A stretch of DNA of 64,000 nt from contig CM106585.1 of the NCBI GenBank assembly GCA_048013815.1, positions 4,526,001-4,590,000 on the forward strand, in the 5' to 3' direction. The position numbers were made by a program, and so were the translations under genes. Positions 38,448-49,000 of the stretch are shown one piece after another. The notes beneath the pieces are model-generated. The model did no database searches and was not told the origin of the DNA. It saw only the letters and a list, made by a program, of their open reading frames with translations. This DNA comes from Setoptus koraiensis (lineage: Eukaryota > Animalia > Arthropoda). Position 1 is the stretch's first letter, and the number at the start of each line of letters is the position of its first letter.

Positions 38448-38988
38448 GATGTGTGTCAGTATTCGTACATGTCGACTCCCGCTGACGAAATGCGCGATAT
38501 CTCGAGTTCTATTATACCAATTTCGGCGAACCATATAAAAATGATATGAACAGACTGAAGTGCTCGTTAGATTAAAACGAAAACAAATTTGAAAAATTAT
38601 CATGTTTTTGACACGTACTCCACTCCCCTTCCCTTAAATATACGATAATCTTTCAGCTAAAGTAATAACTATTTTACTACATTTGTTTCAACACGAAAAT
38701 TTTAAAATGGAATTTATTTTTTTTTTCTATCAATTGATCGGTCTAGTCGCATGGTCTCTAGCAGAATCTGCAGAAGTCTTGGTGCTTTAGAAATCTTGCT
38801 CAAAAAAAAACATTTCATGTTCAGCCTCCAGAGTTCCTGTTTCGGAGATTGTGGAATAATTGTAGTCTGCGAGTTACAGTTTGCTTAGAGATAAACAATT
38901 GAATTTAGTTGTACTTCAACGTGTAAATAAATCTCAATATTTTATCAACCAGTTTGTCTAACGGGGCTTTAAGTGCCAAGTGGACGAA
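38105..38988 (+). repeat. Direct repeat copy 2 (~884 bp)
   Basis: Counterpart of 26488-27370; its right end is the true 3' end of the NRF-6-like gene. Confidence 0.97.
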
Positions 38989-41978
38989 CAACGATAGTGC
39001 CAATACTGTCGGCGCAGCGGCGCAAGCTTCTTTCGACATCTTCATAAGACTAAAAGGACCAAGGCCGTGGTAATCGCTAAAGACAAAAAAATAAATAACC
39101 TCCCATTGAATCAAATACACACAATAGGTGATGCGACTACACACAATCCAGAGTTTATGTCTTAGCCATCGTGACTGTTTGGCAACGTCTGTAGATAAAC
39201 GTATTATCACAATTAGGTTGCAGAATATCCAAGCGACTATCATGCATGGCAATTGTAACGACACAATAAATTTTCTCAGATTTTCATATTCATTATCAAT
39301 GCCCATGATACTATCGTAGAAATCAGTTGCGATGACTATCAATCCCGGCATAGCAAATATAGGCAGGTGTGCCCAAAGAGCCAATTTGAACCAATTGCCT
39401 CGCATCCAACGGGGCCAATAGTTTTTGTTTTTCTGCGCTGATTTCACATTTAACAGCTTTCCTCCGATCCTTTTTGTCTCATCATCCTGTTTTAACTGCT
39501 GCCCTTGAAAAGTGTTATACTCATAGATAATGATGCCTGCTAAAACTCCGGCCAATGCCTGTGGCAACCTGAAGAATAGGTCGCGAAGAATAGCAATGTC
39601 ATAGTACTTGGCATCCCTAACAAGTGTGCATCACGAATATGACAGGTGACAGGTAATTGTTAAGGTTAATTGTTATCGTCTGTGGCATTGAGTGTTTAAT
39701 TTGATCAGTTTAAGCTCTAGTTTACTTACACTGCTATTGCTATTAGGAAGTACCTTTGGAATGCACGACTGTCGCCAGCGGAACTGTTGTACATCCACTC
39801 GAACGTCAGGTAAAACGAAACTGACATAAATAGGGCCACCAGGGCCACTCTAAAACGTCGGAATCTTTTCACATAATTGATTTGATGGTCATTTATTGAT
39901 AGATGGATTGTTGTTAGATGGAAGAATAGATAATATATGATTATAATATAATGTAATTGGGCCGGTTTAGATTGACATAACATGTTTACTTACCTCAGCA
40001 TGAGGTAGGTGAGGGGCGGTAGTAGAAGGAATACTCTGAGTAATGCTTCCAGGAACCAGGCTTCGACTTTGCATGGCAGAATGATGTGGTGCTTAAATTG
40101 ATTGAAGGGCAATATATAATGATACCATTCGCTGGTTTGTCTGCACGCTCCCCGGAACGAATGTCTATTAGTCCCGTAGTCCCACGAAGGTCCACTCCCT
40201 AACAGGGGTGCCAAAGAATAACTGAACCAGTACAGTATCATGTAAACGGGGCACATCTTCAAGAACAAGTTTACCTGAATTGCCAAATAAGCTAATGGAT
40301 TGACAAGATACCTATAGTGCCTCTGTGCATTGTTCAATATTCTCATAACAGTAAATCCGAACATTACGCCCGCAACAATGAAGAATGTATCCAATATCAG
40401 TGGAAACGATTCTAGAATGAAAATCATTCTTGATGACAACAAACCAATCATCAGACCGGGTGTCGTTATTTTGAAAGTGTTTAGAAGAATGGTGTGGCCA
40501 AAAATTAACGAATAAGCACAAACAACTTTGATCATGTTGATTGGCACCAAATTAACGTGTTCCGTTCGATCAATTATATTGTCGACAGACACAAGCTCTC
40601 GGAAGCTCTGCTGAAGTGAAAATATTCCAATCAATTGGTCTATGAAATCACTTTTATAATTTGTCTTCAGCTGGCTCTTAGTCTCATCGATAGGCCGATT
40701 ATTGCCACGATTATCCACCCCGGCCTCATTAGGGGCGACAAATTTTTCCATTTCAGTCAATGGCAACATCCCCCTAGGATCGTAGTTGTCTATTCCAACA
40801 ATATCACTCTCAACGCGATCTTGTTGTTTATACGCCGTTTGTTGTTGTTGCTCAAAAGCGACAACAAGTTTTTCAGGTTTAGGCTGCCGAATAAAACAGT
40901 CATAAATAGTGACCGAGAAAACAATCGATAGCCACACAACGCCGAAACCAATGAGCGCCCATCCGGCTGGCTGCAACTGACGTAACGGGCTACTCTCATC
41001 TGGCAGACAATATAATTCAACCATTTTGTACCTGTCTTTTAAGTGTTCGGGAAAATTCATTAGCAGTAGCTTCTCCATGATCTCGCCATTTGGGCCTCCA
41101 TTAGCTGTTGCTGTTGACCAAGATTGGGTATCGCATGTCTCGGGCAAACACATTCCCGCCAATATTCTTGGCTTTGGCACGAATGTGTCGTTCGTCGGCC
41201 AACTGACAGACACCAATTTGCCATAACAATAACGAGTCTTGATTATATTTGTGGCTTTGTTTGTTTCGCCTCCATGGCTCACCGGCTCATCATCCAACCG
41301 ACTGTTGTTGTCGTTTTGAATATCAGTAAGATCGAATTGGAATCTGAGACATTGCTCATAAGATCCGAACCACATTGATTTTCCCAGATAAGAGGCAGCC
41401 TCGGGACGACCGAATGAGTCGATATAATTGGACAGGTTGAATTGAATTTCACCGTTGCTAAACATCAATTTAGTGTTGCTTTCGGGCTCGTTGCTTGTAA
41501 GTTGCTTAAGTAGCCATTGCAAATGTTGCCGGCACAGCAAATTGTTGACTGGTAACCCACCCGACACTGCTAGATCCTCTGGAGATGAATAAGTGAATGG
41601 GTCAGTAGCATAAAAACTAAAATACTCGAATGATCTCAAAGCGTGATACTGCAACAATTCACCCTGTTTCAGCTTAGTGGGGCCAATTGCCATTCTCACT
41701 AGATCATGTGGATTGATGTATTCTTCCATTCGTATCAGACTATTTGATGTTTTATTCCACAGGAATGGAAATCTTTTGATCTTTTCATCTTGATTCCCGA
41801 AAATGTGTCGCTTATATCTGTGGAAACTTTTGTTGTCTATTAAGTTGTCAGTTGATACTGTTCTTGCTGCTTCCTCTTGGCTTCTTGAATCAACTTGTGG
41901 CGACTTTGACGAACAAAGATTCGCCTCTATCACTAACAAGGTGATTGAAATAAACGTTAATCCGCGTAGAAATGACAT
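38905..41978 (-). CDS. Nose-resistant-to-fluoxetine-6-like protein (signal peptide + NRF domain + acyltransferase-3 membrane domain); complement(join(38905..39616,39730..39864,39994..41978)), ~943 aa
   Basis: Signal peptide; NRF domain IDSFGRPEA...WFGSYEQC and GMCLPETC; AT3 K-x10-H, DTFF and SRITYCVYL. GTAAGT donors at 39993 and 39729, all phase 2. An alternative in-phase acceptor would start exon 3 at 39568. Confidence 0.88.
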
Positions 41979-42301
41979 TTTCTTCTTATCGCATCAATCG
42001 AATTTTGGTACTTATTAAAACTAATGAAAAGCTGGCCGGCTTGATAACATGACGGTATCTGGAAAGGTAACAATAGCAACAGAATGGGTGATACTTATGC
42101 TAACTCTGGAGTAGTTAAATCTTTATTTCCCGTGGTCTGAGCTTTTCGAATTAAATGTATCGACCATAGATGATGCCCAGATTCACTGCGCATATTGCAT
42201 GCTTTCCCATGCTTCTTTATGTTGAATAAAATGTTAAAAATCGCTAACTACTAGAGATATTGCTTATAAGAAGACAAATTTTCCATCTGCTTAATTGAAC
42301 G

Positions 42302-42990
42302 AAAAAACTCAATGAGAGGCAACGCAATCTAGACAATGTTTCTTTTTTTGACACATTGTGATAATTTTGATAGATATGCCTCCCGATTGCGACGAAGAAT
42401 TTATTGATTAGGTTGCTCAATGTAGCTTTAGATGCCGTTGGTTTTACTCGTCTTCAGAAAGAATCTTTCTTGTGTCTGGTCGCTGTTGTGGGCTCTCCTA
42501 TGCTGATAGGATCGAACGCGTCGTTAGAGACATAAAAACCACGGATAACGCGTACAAAACATGCTGCAGAATGAAAACAAGTTGTCGCCAAGCAATCACG
42601 ATATTTACATTGATAATCGATCGCCCGGGTCGAAAAAAAAAATACGCGACACAAGCGATTTGTTGACTGCCTTGGTGTCATATTTGTTATTACAATTAGT
42701 GGACAAAAAAAACTCACTGAGAGTCTCTCAGTGAGAGGGTGAAGCAATCAAGAAAACATTTTTTTATACATTGCAATGAAGACATGCTTTTTGATTGCGA
42801 CGAAGAATTCATTGATTGGCTTCTTTCTCGTGTTTGAGATCGTTATTGCAGGCTCCTGTGCTGTTAAGATCGACGTTTCAGCGACATAGAAAGCCACGGA
42901 TAACGCGTACACAAAAATTGCAGAATGAAAACAGGTTTTAGCCGACGAATCGCGATATTCACATTGATAATTGATCGACCCGAGTGGTAC
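42302..42990. repeat. Degenerate tandem duplication (~400-bp unit: 42302-42704 and 42705-~42990)
   Basis: Shared blocks gattgcgacgaagaatt, ccacggataacgcgtac, tgcagaatgaaaaca and atatt(t/c)acattgataat. Confidence 0.8.
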
Positions 42991-44209
42991 ACAAGCTTTC
43001 GTTGCTGATTTTTTTCCGAGTGTTAGAACTGGTCGACAATAACTGGTTGCATGATATAACATACTGATCTCGGATTGGTTCGATGGAATGTAATTTACTA
43101 CTAGTCGGCGCTTCCGATTCTTTTTGGCTAAGCTCATACATGTATGTGATGGATGCCTTTCCTTGATGGTAAATTACATTGTATCGAATTCAGATGACAA
43201 ATACGCCTTTCTTTGACATTAGCCAGAGCACCATGTACTCTGTGGAAATTTTCCGATACCTTCAGTACTCTGGCGTCGTCGTTGTTGTTGTCGTTGTGGT
43301 AGCAGACTGATCACTCGATGAGCTTGGTTCTGATGAGGCAGAGCCCGACTAGGTGATGGCAAACGAAGATCTAGGGACACCGCTACCATCCAGATATCTG
43401 TGACGATGACATGATTGTGACGTTGGCACGTTATGGGCCGACGCTCGAATCGTCGTTAAACGACAAGTCAGGCGACAATAGATGCTCGAGATTTGCGCAA
43501 TAATACTCCTAGCTACATACATGTACTGGAATTTAAATAGAAATCAGAACAGTTTGATCCTTGATAGATGACGCAGGCAACTACACACCTTCACTGATTG
43601 TCGATTACTTTTCTCTCTTATACACATCACATGACATGCCAGTGACAAATCAGATGCGAATTTATGTCACTGATGTTGCATAGATGTCATGGGACTCCGT
43701 GCAACATCCCTTGGAACTGCTTCCCAATTTTGAGTAGGAGGACTGTCGGCGGTCTCTCGATGTGATAATGTAGAGCAAAGCGCTGCGGATGACACAAACA
43801 TTTAATTGGTGAGTCAAATGACGGGGTTCAATCGTACGTTCTGGAGTTGCTGCGACTCCTCTTCATTGATACTATTCTCGTTACGTGTTGATAGCCTGTT
43901 GATTAGACTTGTATACATAGTTGAAAAATCTTTGCACGAATGCCCCATGTACCGTAAGGGCCATCTCTAATTGATTTAATCATGCTTTTCTTCTCCTTGG
44001 CATAGTGTTTCTTTTGAGACCCTCCAACAACTTCGAGCCACCTCTTCAACTTAGAACTTATTGTGTGCAATCAAATCAGCCGTTATACTATCAGATAATT
44101 CGCCCACTCTAGTTTGGTTGACGTATATATGAGGCTCGTCCAGTTTGGGCCACTCGAATAGCTTGCAATCGATTTCATCGTCATCATCTCTCGTGAACTT
44201 TGTGGACAT
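42959..44209 (-). pseudogene. Probable decayed protein-coding gene of unknown family
   Basis: ATG at 44209 opens MSTKFTRDDDDEIDCKLFEWPKLDEPHIYVNQ...HNKF*VEEVARSCWR. A long S/T-rich frame from ~43500 to 42959 has only scattered stops. No family was recognised. Confidence 0.35.
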
Positions 44210-44290
44210 TTTAAAACGAATCGCTTTCTCTTGAGTTCCGCCACGCCATGTCTCTTGCGCCTAACACGTGACGAAAATTGAAAAGTTGAA

Positions 44291-45870
44291 TTTCATGCTT
44301 TGAAGCACCACTCAAATATGATAGCTGCCACTTCATCTCAATCCCACTTTAATCAATTGTCAGTTGACAAATTAATTAGCTGATCTTATCGATCATTGGA
44401 TCGCATATAATATGCGGTAGTTTTTGAAACTAAACATTTCAAAGTTGGCGCTACTTTATTGAGCCTCAAAAAATAAACAAACGCATCTGTTCCATGCGGA
44501 TGATGCCAGTCCACGCGTAAACACACCAGAAGTGAGTGTCGAACTCGTGGAAAATACATGTATCATTTGTTTGATACAGTATTTGAGATTTCCTTATGCA
44601 ATTTTACAATTACAGACTTCTAAATATGTATAGACTTATCCTCCTTTGCAGATGATCTTATACACTAGCAATACTCCACAATTGATTCGCGAGCCTAAGC
44701 GACCTAACGAAACATCAACTTTTAAATTATTCGGACGAGACAAACGCCCATCCAGAGCCTCCAGTCAATTAGGCAGTAGTTGGAGCGAATAAATCAAAGA
44801 TCGCCAATCATCAACAAAATGGCCAAGAGGAAATACAATCCCTATGGGGAGTTTGTCAGGGCCGAATATCTTTCACTCAAAAAGTCCAATCCTAAATTCA
44901 ACAAGCCCATGAGTGCTATGTTCGGTAATCCGGCGATAAGAGAAAAATGGAAGAGCAGTGACGAAGAGACAAAGCAAAAGTTCAGAGACATTTCCGTGAG
45001 CAAAAATGAAGGAACCTACGTCTATCACACTTCCCATCAGAATAAGGGCCAGGGATTCCAACAGCCAGACGAAATGAGAAACGATTTCATGGCAAGCCAG
45101 AAATTATTCAATCGTTGCGAAGATATCATTCACTCCAAAACTTACGAGGAACTGCTTGAGGCACCACTTTATTCATTTAGTTGCAATGTTATGTGCGCAG
45201 AAAATGAATCCGAAGAACTCTACATACCACTGGAAATCGCAATTTATGCATATACACTCAAGAACGGTGCACCTAAAGACAAGCCTGTCTACCTGACATT
45301 CATCAATCCAGGGGAGCCACCAGTAGGCAAAATGAATGAAGCTAAAAAACATTACGAAGATACAAGGCATAAAGTACCATTTGAGCCCTTGGCGCCTTTC
45401 TTGCCATATGCTAGGACAGACTATCGCGAAATCTATAAAGAGATCCTAGAATATGTTGGAGAGGAAAGAATTTTATTGTGCCAGCATGCTGATTATATTC
45501 AACAAATTTATGGCGTCCTCAAATGGCTGGCCAAAAAGGCTAATGAAAAACCCTTCACAAGTACCATTGGTCTAATCCGACCTCAGACAGCTAATGAATT
45601 GCCTGCCGCCGATAGCTGGCGTATATGTGATATCTCGGAGTACGCCTTCCAAATGGGCAAACGTCTCGGTTCGCCTTTGCCGGCATCCGTGTGTATTGAG
45701 ATGCTCTTGGAAAACATGAGACTAGCTTATGCAAATCATTTAAATTGCGAGTGGCATAGTTTGCCCCAAAATGAAACACAATGGTGCGCTAAGTCTTGTT
45801 CAGTACGAACTATTGTTAATCTGGAAAACCTATTCGATTGGTTCAAGGATACTTACTCGAAAAAAGAAAG
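44291..45870 (+). repeat. Segmental duplication unit 2 (Maelstrom gene plus upstream)
   Basis: Colinear with 17791-19560 in the same orientation, ~26.5 kb apart. Confidence 0.92.
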
Positions 45871-45892
45871 AGCCACAACAACCTGCCATTAA
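44819..45892 (+). CDS. mael: Maelstrom-like protein, copy 2, 357 aa
   Basis: Same HMG-like and MAEL motifs, including YIPLEIA and CEWH...WCA. ATG at 44819 is homologous to copy 1; the ORF track starts at an upstream TTG. Confidence 0.88.
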   Translation: MAKRKYNPYGEFVRAEYLSLKKSNPKFNKPMSAMFGNPAIREKWKSSDEETKQKFRDISVSKNEGTYVYHTSHQNKGQGFQQPDEMRNDFMASQKLFNRCEDIIHSKTYEELLEAPLYSFSCNVMCAENESEELYIPLEIAIYAYTLKNGAPKDKPVYLTFINPGEPPVGKMNEAKKHYEDTRHKVPFEPLAPFLPYARTDYREIYKEILEYVGEERILLCQHADYIQQIYGVLKWLAKKANEKPFTSTIGLIRPQTANELPAADSWRICDISEYAFQMGKRLGSPLPASVCIEMLLENMRLAYANHLNCEWHSLPQNETQWCAKSCSVRTIVNLENLFDWFKDTYSKKERATTTCH

Positions 45893-46085
45893 TAAAGACG
45901 ATCTGAGATATATCAATTAATTTATCATTAGCAAAGTTATTGGTAGCAAGCGGTGAAAATAGGTTTCCATGACAACCGCCAGTTATGTGCGAGATTAAAG
46001 CACAACCTTAATTTGTCCCGACTCGAACATGTCCACACTAGGCTCATGACTTTTCACTGAAACTAATCGATTCAATTTACAATCA

Positions 46086-49000
46086 ATGATGTCATTGTTC
46101 AAGACAAACGAATATTGGTCCGTCTTTTGTCGCGATCTTTTTGATGGCATCTCCACAACTGAAACGCTAGATTTAGCTCGCAACACTGACGGTAATATAA
46201 AGTCAAGCAACACATTCGAGAAGGAGGACGAACATCACGATGGTGAATACGTGACAATAATCGGACAATTCGACACAATTGGCACCCATGATATTATCAT
46301 CATCGGTGATTTGCAAGGTAACATCTGCATTGTCAATCCGCCCAATATTAGTGGATTCCATGCAGAGGATACCCTTCAAGAAATATCGGGCGAGGCTCAA
46401 GTTAAAATCAGCCCCCGATTGCCGGTAACAAATATTGTTCTTGCTCGTCATAGTATTGGTATACCAATCGTGGATTTGGCAGTGGGACATTTCGCGTCCG
46501 CTCTCAAGAACACCCTGGCTGTTCTGCATACCGACAAGTTGTCCATTTATCAAGTCAACGAGGCCAGTTGTGACCTGTTAGGCAACACAGAACCGCAACT
46601 GAAGTCGGCCGAGCACAACATAGGAACAATTCAGCAATCATTGTATGAACTAAATAAATTCTACCAGTTTGATTTGGCGAAAAATGAGATAGCTCTTCAA
46701 CTGACCGTTGTGGAAAGATCCAACGAAAAATCTTCGCCGCAGAGGGACATAATCTGTGTGAGGTATCTAGATCAGAGATACATATCACTGTTCGATAATA
46801 AGCAGGCAATTGCTCATTTGAGTTTATGGACCGACATAGAGGAGCCGAATGGAGATGACAAAACTGGCGACAAAACAATGAACGATAATTTTCACAAATC
46901 AGAGAGGCCAGCAATTGCGAGTGTCAATTTGACGCCAGTGGCACATGTTAGAAAAACAAATTCATTAATATTGAGTTTGACCAATTACAAAATATACAGC
47001 ATATCGCTAGAGTATATATCAGTTCATTCGAAGCAATCAACTTTGGCCAGGGTGGCGAAAAGTCTCACTAGTGGCCTAAAATTTGACACAAAGGTCGGTG
47101 GTCATGCCGCAATGGACATGGGTAGGACAGGTGAAAATTTTAATTTACTGTTGGAATCTGTCAGTGATTTGCAGTCAGGTGACCATCACTCTATTCAGTT
47201 TATTCCCGTTAAATTGATAGACGCTTACGACTGGTGTTTTGAGGTTCCCTATTGTGTAATAGATATTCAAGTAGTCAATGTGCCATTGGATGCTTCAGCG
47301 GTCTCGAATAAGAAGTATTCGTCGTTCATTGTGACAATGTCGAGATACCATCTGGACATTTACAATTATCTGGGTCAGCAGTGTTACTCGAAAAGATTCG
47401 AGCATCCATTGATTTGTATGAATAGCTATCATTTGGACAGAGAGGGCAACGATGTCAGAAAGAACAGGCCTGTTGATCCGGACAGCGGCGCCGACAAGAG
47501 TGTTGTCGTTGATGAGACGTGGCAAAATAATCTGATGATTATGGTGGCGACAGACTTGGGAAAAACGTCCAATTTATTAGTTCTGAAAGGCGGTTTAACG
47601 GCCTGGTCGGCCATATTGCCCAGCAAACCTGTCAGTTTGTTCAGAGCCGATCTAAAAGTAATGCGAGGCATGATTGTGATGCTTAGTCAGCTTATGCAAA
47701 GTATAAGTGTCCTCTATTTTGGCACTTGCAAACAATCCAGCCTACACGATACGGATGACACAACAAGTGACTCGAATCTGCAAGACCCAATTGATCATTG
47801 TGATGACCTGGATGATTTGTCCGATCTAAACCTCAACTTCGACTCATATGCTGGCTCTAATTCATTACAGACAGAAGAAACGAAGGATTTAAGGATTTCT
47901 GTCTACCCATTAGCACAAGCATCATCATCATCAGCAGTTGGCCAGCGCAATTGTAATAATCATTCATCAGAATCAAGCCCAACTGTCAACGATTGTGTCT
48001 CATATAGAGTAGTTATTAATTCCGAACAAGTTGCCTATCAAGCAAATTTTACAATATTTTGTGATGATTCAATAGATTATCAAATTTCGCTCTTAGATGA
48101 TGGTAGTGTAAAATCATCATCAGCCACTGCTGGAGCGGAGAGCCTATCAAAACAGACACAGCCGTTGGGTGATTCTAGTGAGCGAAATATTGATGAAAAA
48201 TGCTCCTACGATCTAGGCGATATTTGGCCGGATCAAGGCTCGCTGAATTTAAGATTGTCGTTTTTTAAATCGCGACCAACGACAAGCAACAATATCAACT
48301 TGAATGGCATGACACTCGAAAATGATTTTGGCATGCAATATGACTCATTTCGACTCGCAATAGCTAAATCATTGAAAGTTTTATTGATTGTCAGGTATTT
48401 TAACCATGCTCGTAGATCTTTGATACAAGAGGAGAGACTTCTTTTGCCCATGAGCCTGTTCACTAGACTAGCCCAGATAGACTATTCGAGCGATAGTCTC
48501 AACCTCGTGGACATACAGTCAAACCTGCTAGGCTACAAAAGAAACTCTCATCTTCGATTGCTGACAGGCAACCACAGCAGCAACAATATAGACGAAGAAC
48601 CGTTGAAACAGGCCATTAACACCAAGCCAATGAGCGAGACGGCAGGCGCAAAGAGCCTCGATCATCCTTATCTGATGACAGATATAATAATAAACAATCT
48701 GCCCTTCTTAGAGGTGATAAATTTCATTCTTGATTTGGATTTTAGCCAATGTAATAATCGCTGTGATATCAAGCTGGCCACGTCACTGGGCCATCATTCG
48801 AACGCACATACTAAAGTAGCGAAAGGGGCACCAGTCAATATTGATGACGCGCAGTCATCTTCTGCACTCGAGGGTATAGTTAAGCGCAAGATAAGCGAAT
48901 TGGATAGATCGTTGGAATTCAATAAGGAAATTATTTCCATAATGGGTGGTCAAGTTGAATTGGACGAGCTGAGAACGGTCAAAGATGATCAATCAAAGTT

